In this document: positions 28,070 through 38,899 of the stretch, piece by piece
Layout: each line of letters starts with the position of its first letter
How positions within the stretch are numbered: position 1 is the stretch's first letter
Assembly (NCBI GenBank): GCA_030429545.1
Contig: JAUIFF010000001.1
Span: 211,599 to 275,598 of the forward strand
Direction of reading: 5' to 3'
Length of the DNA stretch: 64,000 nt
Origin: Polyangia bacterium
GTDB taxonomy: Bacteria; Myxococcota_A; Polyangia; Nannocystales; Nannocystaceae
Program-made: the position numbers and the translations under genes
The notes under the pieces: generated by a model
Told to the model about the DNA's origin: nothing
Database searches by the model: none
The model's input: only the letters and a program-made list of their open reading frames with translations

Positions 28070-30754
28070 CTACAGCGGGTGCTCAGTTTCCCACTCGGCA
28101 AGCGCCGACATCATGTTCTTGGCCGCAGGGTCGTTGGCCAACAGCGCACGAGCCTGGGCAATGATTGTATAAGCATGCTGTTTGCGGCCCTCTGCCCAGT
28201 GGACGTCGGCCAGGCGCAGCAGGGTGGAGGCGATGTAGCGCTCTTGGACCTCGAGTTCACGTTGCCGCGCAGCAAGGTTTTCCAATCGCGTGGCCGTGCC
28301 CTCGAGCGTGCCAAAGTGGATGTCGAGTTGCGAGCGTGTGCCCTCGAGCTTGGCGTAAAACCGGATATTGTCAGCAGCCATGTGCGGCTGCGGGAGGGCT
28401 GCGAGGCCCTTCATAATCTCTTCGAGAGCTGCCACGTGGTTGTCCTCGCGGATAAACAACCGTGCGATCTGAACCTGGGCATCGGCGATAAACGGGCCAT
28501 GCTCCGCAGCTCCGAGCTGTACGCGTAGCTCGATCTCACGGGTGTAGGCACCCCGGGCAGCGGGGTAGTTTTGTTGGCGGGCGTAGATCGAGCCCAGGTT
28601 GCGGTAGCCCATCGCCAGGATCGGCTGGATACTCGCCAGTGAAATCCGCTCCCAAATGGCAACCGCCTCGGTTTGTGCCGCGAGGGCGGTACCGAGGTCC
28701 TGGGCCTCACGCGCGACGATCGCGAGATTGTTGAGAGCCCCCGCAAGCTCCGGGTGGTCCGCCCCCACGAGCATGCGTTTTTGGGCGACCACAGACTGTG
28801 CATAGTCAACAGCTTTTTGAAAGTTCTTGTCGGCCATCTCCAAAATCGCGAGGTTGCCGACCGCCCGGGTTACAAGTGGGTGCTCGGCCGGATAGATCGA
28901 TTTCAGAAGCGCGTAGGATTGCTCGAGTGGGCCCCTGGCAAGGTTTGTTTGCCGCGTGCGTTCGAGCGCAAACCCGAGGTTGAGGAGGTGGCGGGCACGC
29001 AGTTCGCCGGGCGGGTCGTCGTAGCCGAGCCGCTTAATGAGTGCATCTGCATCTTTTAGCTCAGGAAACACCCGGTCATAGGACGACGCTCGGGCGGCAT
29101 TTACCCGGGTCAGGGCCAGCCGAGCCTCGAGCGCAAGGAGGTCGCGGCCACTGGCCATCGCGCCGTAGTAGACCTCATCCAAAATCTCGGTGGTCGCCTC
29201 GTATTGCTTGGTTTTCCCTAAAATTCGGCCGCGTGTCAGGCTGGCTTGGAGTTTGAGGTAGGGGTCGCCGAGAGCTTGAATTTCCTGATCGGTTTGATCC
29301 AAGACCTCGAGTGCACGCTCGAGTTTCGACGCCTGCCACAGCGCTTGGACCTCGGCCATCGACCCGCGCAGGCGAATGACCTCGGCCGCAAGTTCGGGGT
29401 CGTCCGGGACTTCGGCAGCGGCAGAGGCACGGCGCGGGTCGAGGCATGTGTCGGGCGGGACGAGCAGGGCCACCGCATTTGTTGCATGTTCAATCGTTTT
29501 GGTGTCTGGCTGGCGCAACACATCGATCGTGGCCGCAAACTCCCTGCGGCGTTGCTCGAGGCAGGCCACCCGGGCAAGTCGTGCGGCGTTCAGCGAGTCG
29601 GCCGCGAGTTCCGAGCAACTTTGCTGGTACATGTTTTCCCACGACACCCCGTACTGGGCGAGCTGGCGGACCACATGGTCCGTGGTCGCGCCGGAATACA
29701 CGGTACCCGAAGCCCGCAGCGCCTGTTCGAGTTGCTGTTTGACCTCGGGGTTCCAGATGGTCGCCAGCGGTGCCTGTTTATCCGGACAGATGTTGGGTTC
29801 AGTCGAGCTCGTCAGGGTTGTGCCAAGGCCGACTGCACCGGTCAAAACCGCGGCCAAGGTCAAAACCCGCCGTGCCCGTCGCCACGGGGAACCACGCTCG
29901 AGTTGGCGCAGGAGTTCGTCCATGGATGGCCAGCGATGTTCAGGAGCAATCGACAGGCCCCGGGCAATCGCCTTGGTGAGCCATCGGGGTCGTGAGCGAC
30001 CCTCCGAAAATCCCCGGTGTTGACCCTCCAACACATTGGCAGCGAGTACCGCAAACGTATCCCCGGCAAAGGGTCGTTGATGATACAACATCTCGTAGAG
30101 GACGATGCAAAACGCAAACTGGTCGGTGCGGGCATCGGCCGCCAATCCCGAAAATTGCTCGGGAGCCATATATGCCGGCGTACCCATGACCGCACCCGTG
30201 GTCGTCAAATCGAGTGGCTGTGCGCCCGGTTGCTCGCGGTCTGCAGCTTCGCGGTAGGCTACCAAGCCGAAGTCGAGGACCCGCGGCCGGCCATCTTCTC
30301 CCACGAGTACGTTGTCGGGCTTAAAGTCGCGGTGGACAAGGGACTGGGCATGGGCGGCAGCGAGGCCACGCCCGACCTCAATCATCATCCCGAGCCGGCG
30401 TAGCAACGGAGCCCCGCGGTGTTCGACCAACCACGATGTCAGGGTTTGGCCACGGACAAACTCCATGGCCATAAACACCTTGCCGCCGTGGTGGCCGACG
30501 TCGTGGACCGCAACAATATTTGGATGTGCAACTTTTGCGAGGGCCTGGGCCTCGCGCAGCAACCGTTCGCCCGCCAGTGGGTCATGTTGTTGTGGGTGCA
30601 ACAATTTGAGGGCAATACGGCGGTCGAGCTCCGGGTCGTAGGCGGCATAGACCGCCCCCATCGCACCGGCACCGATCTTCTCAATCACCACATAGCGGCC
30701 GATCCGACGCGGCACCGGCCCGGACGGTTGCAGGGGCACCTCCCGCGAGATCAT
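28070..30754 (-). CDS. Ser/Thr protein kinase with C-terminal TPR repeats
   Basis: Canonical Hanks kinase (IGAGAMGAVY, IALKLL, HRDFKPDNVL, DFGLV, YMAPEQ), a TM segment, then ~500 aa of TPR-like repeats. Confidence 0.85.
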   Translation of the reverse strand: MISREVPLQPSGPVPRRIGRYVVIEKIGAGAMGAVYAAYDPELDRRIALKLLHPQQHDPLAGERLLREAQALAKVAHPNIVAVHDVGHHGGKVFMAMEFVRGQTLTSWLVEHRGAPLLRRLGMMIEVGRGLAAAHAQSLVHRDFKPDNVLVGEDGRPRVLDFGLVAYREAADREQPGAQPLDLTTTGAVMGTPAYMAPEQFSGLAADARTDQFAFCIVLYEMLYHQRPFAGDTFAVLAANVLEGQHRGFSEGRSRPRWLTKAIARGLSIAPEHRWPSMDELLRQLERGSPWRRARRVLTLAAVLTGAVGLGTTLTSSTEPNICPDKQAPLATIWNPEVKQQLEQALRASGTVYSGATTDHVVRQLAQYGVSWENMYQQSCSELAADSLNAARLARVACLEQRRREFAATIDVLRQPDTKTIEHATNAVALLVPPDTCLDPRRASAAAEVPDDPELAAEVIRLRGSMAEVQALWQASKLERALEVLDQTDQEIQALGDPYLKLQASLTRGRILGKTKQYEATTEILDEVYYGAMASGRDLLALEARLALTRVNAARASSYDRVFPELKDADALIKRLGYDDPPGELRARHLLNLGFALERTRQTNLARGPLEQSYALLKSIYPAEHPLVTRAVGNLAILEMADKNFQKAVDYAQSVVAQKRMLVGADHPELAGALNNLAIVAREAQDLGTALAAQTEAVAIWERISLASIQPILAMGYRNLGSIYARQQNYPAARGAYTREIELRVQLGAAEHGPFIADAQVQIARLFIREDNHVAALEEIMKGLAALPQPHMAADNIRFYAKLEGTRSQLDIHFGTLEGTATRLENLAARQRELEVQERYIASTLLRLADVHWAEGRKQHAYTIIAQARALLANDPAAKNMMSALAEWETEHPL

Positions 30755-30979
30755 GGTGTCGGCGAGTGAGGCTTGCCGGGGGGAGGGAGCGGCAACATAG
30801 GCCGTTGCCTCGAGCCCACAAACCGCGAGGTTTTGATCGTTGTCCGTGCTACCTGTTGGCAAAGACACCAGCACAAGCAGTGTATCAGCCGTAATTTGGC
30901 ACAGGTCCGAAGTGACATGCACCCGAGCGCTGGTCGAGTTGTCAGCGCTCGCAAACGGACGATCGCGAGCACGGCATTG

Positions 30980-31777
30980 CTAGCGCCTATGTGTCGATTC
31001 AAATAACTTGTCGGCCGAGTCGGTCACGAACCCTGAAAACAGCTCGCCAGCGACGTGGTGACGCTCGGCAAACTCGTAGTAGCAACCGGGAATGACAAGC
31101 TCACCATCGGCAAACTGCGTTGTCACGGGGGCCGCCAGGGTCGAGGCCTGTTGCAGACCAACCGCCGCGTCGCCCTTGATGAGCTCTCCTCCGCTGCGGT
31201 TGAGCTCAAACCCGTGGCTGACCAGAAGTTGACAAAGTTCGCCGAGGTTTGCGAGCGAACGCAGGGCGTTGACGGACACCGTAAAGTGGTTGGCCCGAAA
31301 CCCAAACGCAGCCATCCACCCGGCGTACTCACTTTCACCAGCGAGGGCTCGGTAGGCGGCGCAGGTGAGCGGTTGCCACAGCCGACCGGTACTCAGCAAT
31401 TTCGTTGTGCCAACAACATCTGTGGGGATCTGCCCCACGAGGTTTGCAATGGTTGTGCGCGCACCTTGTGAGAGCTCGGCGAGTAGTAACTCGCTGATAA
31501 ACACTTTGGGCAACCCGGGCCGCGGTGGTTCGTAGTGATGGGCCCGCAGTCGTTTGCGGACAAACCGGTACGTTCCCGCCTGGCGATAGCCCCGGTCGAG
31601 AAATGGCTTGGCAAGCACTTCGAGGCCAAACGGCCCGGCAAAGCTCCGCAGCGCGATGTGGTCGTTGACGACGGTGTCGCCGCGTTGTCGCAACAGTCGA
31701 TGAATCGCCTCGGCTTGAGGGTTGAGTGCGGTGTAGTCGCACCACAGTTCGTCAAACACGCGGTCGAGGTCAGCCAT
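30980..31777 (-). CDS. DUF1338 family protein (2-oxoadipate dioxygenase/decarboxylase HglS-like)
   Basis: VNDHIALRS and CYYEFAERH blocks characteristic of DUF1338. Start set at MADLDRVF. Confidence 0.65.
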   Translation of the reverse strand: MADLDRVFDELWCDYTALNPQAEAIHRLLRQRGDTVVNDHIALRSFAGPFGLEVLAKPFLDRGYRQAGTYRFVRKRLRAHHYEPPRPGLPKVFISELLLAELSQGARTTIANLVGQIPTDVVGTTKLLSTGRLWQPLTCAAYRALAGESEYAGWMAAFGFRANHFTVSVNALRSLANLGELCQLLVSHGFELNRSGGELIKGDAAVGLQQASTLAAPVTTQFADGELVIPGCYYEFAERHHVAGELFSGFVTDSADKLFESTHRR

Positions 31778-31950
31778 GGGGGAGGGGTATCGCGGATCGC
31801 GTGGGGAGCCAACCAGAGGTCGCGGGGTGCGGCCTGCAGACCGCACCTACAACACAGCCAAGTTCGCCGAACGATGGATGTTTTCGCCGGATAGTGAGAT
31901 ACTCGAGGTCGCGCATCGGCCGTTTTCGGTGACGATGTCGAGGAGTCCCT

Positions 31951-33948
31951 ATGAAAACCCCTCAATTGCCCTTCGAGTTTTCGGCTTTCAAATTTTCGGC
32001 TTGCAAGTTTTTACCCACTGCACTGCTCGCGGTTTGTGTCGGGTGCGGCACGCCAACCACGTCGACCGGTAGCGAAACCGATTCCGATAGCGAGACCACC
32101 ACCGGTGACATGACCGAGACCGATGGCGAGACTGGGAGCGACAGCGATACCGGGCTGCCCGAGCCGTCCGAGCTCGACGGTTTCAACCGCTTTGTCCTGC
32201 GGGTCGACGACACGCCCCCGCCCCCGCTGACATTGGTGATGGACCACCAGGACGCCATCGACTTTTTTGGTGCCCAGGCCAAGGACCTCAAGCTCGTCGA
32301 TATCGACCCCACGCCGATGCTAGAAAATGCCCTGTTGGCCATCCAGGGTGCCTGTGGCGACAAGTGGACGCTCGACAACAAAAACCCAAATCACAACTGT
32401 CAGGTTACCGATTTGGGCAAGACGTTTGGTGCCAACTGGCAACACACACCTGAGTACTCGATGGTGCGCTTGCTGTCGATGACGCCGTCCAATGCCGATA
32501 TGCGGGGGACGGCGTTTGAAAAACTCGAAGACGTGATGAACTCCGACCTGATCGTCGAGGACTTTGCCTGGGCGCTCACCCAGATCCTCGAGATCGAGCG
32601 GACCGACCCGCTGCTGCCAATGGGAGCACTGGTGGCCGCGGTCAAAGACACGCTGTTGCAGCACCCCGCTGTCAACGAAGACGGGACGCTTGGGGTCACC
32701 CTCGATGATGCCCTAAAAGACATGCGCCCGTTGGCGGCCAAGTTCGGTCCGGTCGAAGATCACCCGGGGATTTTGTTGCCCGACGACGTCGACAACCCCA
32801 ATGGATTTGAGACCAAAAGCGATGCTATCGACCACCAAAAATTCCAGATGAAGGTCGTCGCCGGCAGTAACCTGCGGTTTGTCGACGGCGTCGACTTGTC
32901 CGGTGGCGGCGGCGATATGTTTTTGCTGCGCGACGATGCCGAGAACGTCTTAGAGCTCAAGTTCACCGGGGCCCACGAGGCCAACCTCGAGATTTCTGGG
33001 ATCAACGACCCGCCGACCATGGATATGCGGATGCGGATCAACGAGTTTATCGGCGACGCCGAACCGTGTCTCGATCCGGTCGAGGGCTGCCAAACCAACC
33101 AACCGAGCGAAGTCTACGAAGGCGCACCCGAGACCAACGTGTGGCGGTTGCCGCTGTGGTCGATGGAACGTTTGGTCGGGCAGTCGGGCTACCGCGCGTA
33201 CAAAGACGATCCCGAGGATTTCTCCAAGGATATCTCCAAGGACATCTGCCTGTTTATGGGCCAAAACAACTGCTACATCCGCCTCAAGTTGGGTGCCGAT
33301 GGTGCGCCCGAGGGGTGGATGAAGATGGAGCTCGACAACCTCTTCAACGAGGAGGAGTTTCCCGAGCCGCAGTTCTTCTGGGAGATGTTTGTCGACATCG
33401 CGGAAATCTCATTTCACGACGTCGACCCCGACACCCCGGGCCAGGAAGTCGAAGAGGGGGCGACCCCGACGTTTGCCCTCACCAAACTCAACATCGGGCT
33501 CACAGCCGACGACCTGATCGCCCAGATCCGGCAGTCACTCGAAGACCAAGAGGACGTGATGAGTGACCTGATTTTGGGTCGCTACTGGAAAAACAACCAC
33601 GCCCTCGACTTCTATTACCGGCGGGCCGACGACGGCAACCTCTACCTGTTTTTCGCCAACAACGAGGACCTGCGCCCCGACCCGCAAAACCCCAACGCCC
33701 CGCTAGAGCCCGCCTACCAAAACCCGGGCTTCTTCTCGTGTGTCGAGGTCAACGAGGGGTGCAAAGAGTCTCGCCTCAACATTTCTGGGGTCAGCGATAC
33801 GACCCACGAAAAACTCGCACTCAAGCGTGGCTGGAACAATCTGTATATGCAAGATGATCTCAACGGCATCTACGAGGTTCGCATCTATGTGCCGGAAAAC
33901 CGCGATGCCACCAAAATCTGGGCCTACGTTCGTTCGGCCGGCGCCTAA
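31951..33948 (+). CDS. Uncharacterised lipoprotein, paralog 1 of a tandem three-gene family
   Basis: Lipobox LLAVCVGCG and acidic Thr/Asp linker. Shares FFWEMFVDIAE, DFYYRR, YQNPGFF and HEKLALKRGWNNLYMQDD blocks with the next two genes. Confidence 0.7.
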   Translation: MKTPQLPFEFSAFKFSACKFLPTALLAVCVGCGTPTTSTGSETDSDSETTTGDMTETDGETGSDSDTGLPEPSELDGFNRFVLRVDDTPPPPLTLVMDHQDAIDFFGAQAKDLKLVDIDPTPMLENALLAIQGACGDKWTLDNKNPNHNCQVTDLGKTFGANWQHTPEYSMVRLLSMTPSNADMRGTAFEKLEDVMNSDLIVEDFAWALTQILEIERTDPLLPMGALVAAVKDTLLQHPAVNEDGTLGVTLDDALKDMRPLAAKFGPVEDHPGILLPDDVDNPNGFETKSDAIDHQKFQMKVVAGSNLRFVDGVDLSGGGGDMFLLRDDAENVLELKFTGAHEANLEISGINDPPTMDMRMRINEFIGDAEPCLDPVEGCQTNQPSEVYEGAPETNVWRLPLWSMERLVGQSGYRAYKDDPEDFSKDISKDICLFMGQNNCYIRLKLGADGAPEGWMKMELDNLFNEEEFPEPQFFWEMFVDIAEISFHDVDPDTPGQEVEEGATPTFALTKLNIGLTADDLIAQIRQSLEDQEDVMSDLILGRYWKNNHALDFYYRRADDGNLYLFFANNEDLRPDPQNPNAPLEPAYQNPGFFSCVEVNEGCKESRLNISGVSDTTHEKLALKRGWNNLYMQDDLNGIYEVRIYVPENRDATKIWAYVRSAGA

Positions 33949-33967
33949 GTTTCGGAGCAACACATCC

Positions 33968-35764
33968 ATGACAAATCGATTTGGCAAACTCCGCCCCCTC
34001 GGTCTCGCACTCAGCTGTGCTGCCCTCGGCCTGTGCTTGAGTTCATGTGTTCAAGAGGTCACCCTCGAAGAAAAACCCGATCCCACCGAAGTGGCGGTTG
34101 GCGAAGTCCGCACGGTCGAGATGCGCCACTGGCGGTTCGACGTCAAAAAATTCGAGATGACACTCGACCTAGAGGCGCTCAAGGGCATGCCCGAAAAGGT
34201 CCTGCGCGAGACCTGGATGGTCGACCTCGACGTTCGCCCGCTGATCATCAACTCGCTCGACAAGTTGCTCAACATGAATCCGGAGGAGGTCGATGGCCTG
34301 CCGGATGCCGAGTACAACATGTACCACCTGCTGACGATGACGGCCGATTCGGCCGATCTACGTGGGACCAGCCTGGAGGCGCTGCTCGAGATCGGCGAAG
34401 GCGTGGGCCTGGCCCCAAGCCGGGTACTCGCCGACTTGGTGGAAGTTGATGAGGACGAGCCGATTATTCCGCTCGAGATGATTGCCGATGCGGTGATCGA
34501 AAACCTCATTCAAACCCATCCGAGTGCCCAGTTTCGACGTGGCCCGGTGACCGATGAGCACCCCGACGGGCTCTACCCGGTGACGCCTGGAACCTTGCCC
34601 GTGAGCATGTGGGACGTGGTGACCGACTTTGCCGAGCTACCGATTCAGTTTGGCCCGGCAAATGTGGCGACCGAATACGGCTACCACCCGGGGTTCATTG
34701 CAGATACATCGGGTCTCAAGGCCACCACCGACGACTTCCAGATGGCGGTCCAGGTGGACCTCAACGCGTTTTCGTTTGAGGCCCTCGACCTGTCGACGAC
34801 CTCGATCGGCGCGGTCAACAGTACCGCCAGCCAGATCCGCGATGTCTTTGACTTCAACAACCCCGACTGGCTCAAGCTCGAAGGTCTCAAACAGGACCTG
34901 GTGATCGACGAGCTGACGATGTCGATTTTTGAGAGCCCAACATTTATTTCGGGGGGCACCTCAAAAGAGCCCGCACCACTTGGTAACTCGGCTGTTTGGG
35001 AACGGGCTCCATGGGAGTTTGAGCGACTGTTGGCCGATGTTGCAGTGCTGCGGGCCAGCGGCGTCTCCGAGCACTGTTCGGTGTACCAACCCGAGGGCAC
35101 CCTCGAAGAGCCATTTGATGCCGTCCAAGCCTGTTTTGGTGCCGATGCCTGGGTTTCAATTGCGGTCGATCAAAAGGTTGAACTCGACCAGCCGCCACCA
35201 CCCCCATCTTACTTTTGGGACATGTTGTTAGAAATCGCGCAATCGCTACTCCACAATGGTGGAATCGCCGAAGGAGCGGGGAGCGTGGCCCTGACCTTGC
35301 GGGATATCCCGACGGGCGTAGACACGGAGGAATTGGTCAACGAAATCAAGGGTAACATCATGACAAATCCCGAGGCGATGGCGGATTTTGCCGCCCTCCT
35401 CAACGACAGTCATATCGGCGACCCTGACTTCTACTACTATGTCCCACGGGTCGAGAACTCGGATGACATTAAGGGTGACTACCTCTACTTCATTACCCCG
35501 CGGGACCTCCGTACCGACGATAACGGTTTTGCGGTGCGACCCTACGGTTATCAAAACCCGGGCTTTTTCTCCGATCGCGCGCTCTTGCAAAAGGTTTCGA
35601 GCAAGGACCTCAATGTCGATGGCGACGTCGTTCACGAGAAGGTCAAAATCTCACCCGGAGATGTCTTGTACATGCAAGATGATGCGGCGCGCGTGTTCAA
35701 GCTCTCGGTCAACGAAAAACCGAGCAAGTACAAAATCTCGATCGACATCGAGCGCGTCGAATAG
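33968..35764 (+). CDS. Uncharacterised lipoprotein, paralog 2
   Basis: Lipobox LCLSSC. Blocks PPPPPSYFWDMLLEIAQ, DPDFYYY, YQNPGFF, HEKVKISPGDVLYMQDD. Confidence 0.7.
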   Translation: MTNRFGKLRPLGLALSCAALGLCLSSCVQEVTLEEKPDPTEVAVGEVRTVEMRHWRFDVKKFEMTLDLEALKGMPEKVLRETWMVDLDVRPLIINSLDKLLNMNPEEVDGLPDAEYNMYHLLTMTADSADLRGTSLEALLEIGEGVGLAPSRVLADLVEVDEDEPIIPLEMIADAVIENLIQTHPSAQFRRGPVTDEHPDGLYPVTPGTLPVSMWDVVTDFAELPIQFGPANVATEYGYHPGFIADTSGLKATTDDFQMAVQVDLNAFSFEALDLSTTSIGAVNSTASQIRDVFDFNNPDWLKLEGLKQDLVIDELTMSIFESPTFISGGTSKEPAPLGNSAVWERAPWEFERLLADVAVLRASGVSEHCSVYQPEGTLEEPFDAVQACFGADAWVSIAVDQKVELDQPPPPPSYFWDMLLEIAQSLLHNGGIAEGAGSVALTLRDIPTGVDTEELVNEIKGNIMTNPEAMADFAALLNDSHIGDPDFYYYVPRVENSDDIKGDYLYFITPRDLRTDDNGFAVRPYGYQNPGFFSDRALLQKVSSKDLNVDGDVVHEKVKISPGDVLYMQDDAARVFKLSVNEKPSKYKISIDIERVE

Positions 35765-35781
35765 ACAGGAGTTTACCTAAC

Positions 35782-37596
35782 ATGACCGCCCCCCGCAGTT
35801 ACTGGCCTGGTGTTCGCGCGGTAGCTGCCGCTTGTTTGGTTGCTGCTACAAGTTCATCTTGTATCGTCAAAGAAGTCACCTACGAGCCGCCGCCAGAGCA
35901 GGCCGAGATGGCGCCGGGGGAGACCCGCAGTGTCGTGCTGCTGTACAGCCGGTTCGATGTCGAAGACTTTGAACAGGTCATGACCATCGACGACCTCAGC
36001 CGGCTTCCGCTGACGACGCTCGAGAAGGTCTGGCTCCTCGACTACGACCCGTCGCTGCTGATGAATGCAGTGCTCGACGACCTCAAAAACCTGTCGCCGT
36101 CGGAGGCCGACGAACTGTCGGTGCCGGCCCAAAACATGCGCAAGCTGTTGAAGATGACCCCGGACACCGCCGACCTCACGGGGACCAACTTGGAGGAGGC
36201 CATCGCCCTCGCGCAGGCGGTCAACATTCCGCCCGGGCGGGTGCTCGCCGACCTGTTGGCGAAGGGCGTGACCGAAGAAGTCCTAACCTCCGATGTGGCC
36301 ACACAGGTGATTCGCCAGTCGCTAATCGCCAGTCACCCCAACGGCCAAACCCGCCGTGGGGCCGTGACTGCAGACCATCCCGACGGGATCTACGACGTGA
36401 CCCCAGGGACGATTCCGGTGACGCTCGCCGATGTCGTGACCGAGTTTCGAGCCCTGCCCGAACGCTTTGGGCCAATGCCGCTCGACCCCGAAGACCCCAA
36501 CAGCCTCGTTCATCCCGGGTTTATCACCGACGCCAGCGGGATTCCGTGGGAGACGACGATGACGGTCAAGGCCAACATCAATGCGTTGCCCTACGAGGGC
36601 GTTGACCCGACCTATTCGCGGATGGAGTACGTCAACAGCGTGCCCTCGCAGATCGATACGATGTTCGACTTCAGCGACCCCGAGTGGATGAAGGTCGAAG
36701 GCCTAGGCGGCACCATCGTGATCGATACGATCACCATGGGGATCATCGAAAACGACAGCTTCATTCCCGGTGGAATTTCGCAAGATCCCGTAGGGCAGGG
36801 TGACTCGCCAGTGTGGGAGCTGCCACCATGGGAGTTCGAACAAATGATCGCCGAGATGGCGAAAGTCAAGACCGACGACATCCCGGCCCATTGCGACGAA
36901 TACAAGTTTGGTACCGGGACCGTGGCGTTTCGTGCCTGCATCAGCCAAAGCGCAGAGGATGAGCCCGCGCCCGAGGTGCCGTGGGGATGGACCGAGCTCA
37001 GGTCGTTTGGCGATATCGGCGACCCGCCACCACCGGCCTATTTGTGGGACGTGTTGCTCGAGGTCGTGCAAGTCCGGCTGCACGACGGTGGTTTGGCCGA
37101 GGGCCAAGCTGACGTTGAGTTCACATTAAAAAACGTCGAGATCGATGTCGACGAGGCCGAAGAAAAGAAGCTGGTCGACGAGATCAAAGCCAACTTCCAA
37201 GAAGACCCAGGAGCATTTGTCGAGGTCGCCAAAACCCTAGTCGACAGCGCCACCGGAGATCCGGATTTTTACTACTACCGGCCCGACCTCGATAACTCCG
37301 TCGACATCCAGGGGGACTACCTCTACTTCGTCGAGCCAGCCGATCTGCGAGTCGACGACGAGGGAGAGCTCGTGCGCCCCTACGCCTACGAAAAGCCCGG
37401 GTTTTTCCGCGACGAAGGTCTCAACGACAAGGTCTCCTCAACCATGGAGATCGATGGCGACACCACCCGCGAGAAAGTTAAGATTCAGCCGGGTGATGTG
37501 TTGTTCATACAAGATGATCGCGGCGTCCGATTCCGGATCAATGTTGGCGAGAAGCCGAGTAAGTTTAGAGTTGCACTAGACATCACTCGCCTTTAA
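35782..37596 (+). CDS. Uncharacterised lipoprotein, paralog 3
   Basis: Lipobox ATSSSC. Blocks PPPPAYLWDVLLEVVQ, DPDFYYY, EKPGFF, REKVKIQPGDVLFIQDD. Closely collinear with paralog 2. Confidence 0.7.
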   Translation: MTAPRSYWPGVRAVAAACLVAATSSSCIVKEVTYEPPPEQAEMAPGETRSVVLLYSRFDVEDFEQVMTIDDLSRLPLTTLEKVWLLDYDPSLLMNAVLDDLKNLSPSEADELSVPAQNMRKLLKMTPDTADLTGTNLEEAIALAQAVNIPPGRVLADLLAKGVTEEVLTSDVATQVIRQSLIASHPNGQTRRGAVTADHPDGIYDVTPGTIPVTLADVVTEFRALPERFGPMPLDPEDPNSLVHPGFITDASGIPWETTMTVKANINALPYEGVDPTYSRMEYVNSVPSQIDTMFDFSDPEWMKVEGLGGTIVIDTITMGIIENDSFIPGGISQDPVGQGDSPVWELPPWEFEQMIAEMAKVKTDDIPAHCDEYKFGTGTVAFRACISQSAEDEPAPEVPWGWTELRSFGDIGDPPPPAYLWDVLLEVVQVRLHDGGLAEGQADVEFTLKNVEIDVDEAEEKKLVDEIKANFQEDPGAFVEVAKTLVDSATGDPDFYYYRPDLDNSVDIQGDYLYFVEPADLRVDDEGELVRPYAYEKPGFFRDEGLNDKVSSTMEIDGDTTREKVKIQPGDVLFIQDDRGVRFRINVGEKPSKFRVALDITRL

Positions 37597-37604
37597 CAGC
37601 CTTC

Positions 37605-38110
37605 GGGGGGCGCGCGGGCCTTTTTGGCCGTGAGAGCGGTCGGGAGAGGCTTGCGGTAGGTCGACTACAGCGTCGCCTCGCACGACTCGCTTCACGGCCA
37701 AAAATTCTCCGCGAATCGTGGTGTGGGGCAGGGTTTTGGTTCTGGGAAGCGCGCGGGCGTTTTGGGGAGCGCGGGCAGAGAGACGGTCGGGAGAGGCTTG
37801 CGGTAGGTCGACTACAGCGTCGCCTCGCACGACTCGCTTCACGGCCAAAAATTCTCCGCGACTCGTGGTGTGGGGCAGGGTTTTGGTTCTGGGAAGCGCG
37901 CGGGCGTTTTGGGGAGCGCGGGGGGCAGAGAGAGCGGTCGGGAGAGGCTTGCGGTAGGTCGACTACCGCGTCGCCTCGTGCGACTCGCTTCACGGCCAAA
38001 AATTCTCCGCGACTCGTGGTGTGGGGCGGGGTTTTGGTTCTGGGAAGCGCGCGGGCGTTTTGGCTGTGAGAGCGGTCGGGAGAGGAGGCCGGCTTGAGTC
38101 GTCCGGGACT
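37605..38110. repeat. Tandem array, ~3.5 copies of a ~135-bp intergenic repeat (family also present at 38900-39575)
   Basis: Unit ...gagcggtcgggagaggcttgcggtaggtcgactacagcgtcgcctcgcacgactcgcttcacggccaaaaattctccgcgaatcgtggtgtggggcagggttttggttctgggaagcgcgcgggcgttttgg. Contains an imperfect hairpin CACGACTCGC-(20 nt)-GCGAATCGTG. Confidence 0.8.
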
Positions 38111-38191
38111 CTTCGGTAAGAACCCAGGCTGTGGGTGCCACCGTCGCTATCGGCGGCATCCGTGCATCGCCGGACCAAGGAGTTCACCCCC

Positions 38192-38773
38192 ATGCAGAAA
38201 CTGGTCTACTACGTCGCAACTACGGCGGACGGCTATATCGCTGGACCGAATGGCCAGATCGACTTCTTTCCCTTCGACGGCGACCACCTCCGCGGTCTGT
38301 ACCAGGACTATCCCGAGACATTTCCTGTGCACGCCCGCGAGGCGCTCGGCTTCGTCTTCGACAACCCCAAGCGCTTCCGCACCGTCGTGATGGGGCGCCG
38401 CACCTACCAGCCTGCACTAGATATCGGGGTGACTGACCCGTACGCTCCTCTGGAGACGATTGTGTTCTCGAGAACCCTGCCCGCAGGTGTGAACGGAGCA
38501 GTCAAGATCACCGACGAGGATCCGATATGCCTCGTCCGGGCGCTCAAGCAGCGCAACGACGGAGCAATCTGGCTGTGCGGTGGTGCGCAACTGGCGGGCG
38601 AGCTTGCGGGGGAGATCGACGAGCTGATCTTGAAGGTCAATCCCGTTGTCGTAGGGGACGGAGTCCCCGCGATTACCGGAGCATTCCGTCCGCGAGCGCT
38701 TCGTTTGAAAAGGCAACGAGTGTTCGACAGTGGGGTGATTGTTCTCTACTACGACATCGTGCGGGATGAGTAG
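38192..38773 (+). CDS. Dihydrofolate-reductase-family protein (RibD C-terminal domain-like)
   Basis: 193 aa; LVYYVATTADGYIAGPNG...VMGRRTY...LWLCGGAQLAGELA, typical of the bacterial DHFR-like/RibD_C family. Confidence 0.7.
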   Translation: MQKLVYYVATTADGYIAGPNGQIDFFPFDGDHLRGLYQDYPETFPVHAREALGFVFDNPKRFRTVVMGRRTYQPALDIGVTDPYAPLETIVFSRTLPAGVNGAVKITDEDPICLVRALKQRNDGAIWLCGGAQLAGELAGEIDELILKVNPVVVGDGVPAITGAFRPRALRLKRQRVFDSGVIVLYYDIVRDE

Positions 38774-38899
38774 ATGGGTTCCCGCAAAATGGGGTGCGCA
38801 AGAGTCGGATCGTCGGCCCAGACAAGGGGGCGGCCTTCGAGTTGGTAGAAAGCATCGGCAGCTGACTTGTGGCCGATCGCCCTGAGCTGCCGAGATGCA

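Noticed and set aside
37576-38193. Several 60-140-aa ORFs on both strands (e.g. 37583..37999, 37839..38159)
   Set aside because: They lie entirely within the 135-bp tandem repeats and encode repetitive Arg/Pro/Ala peptides; products of the repeat periodicity rather than genes.
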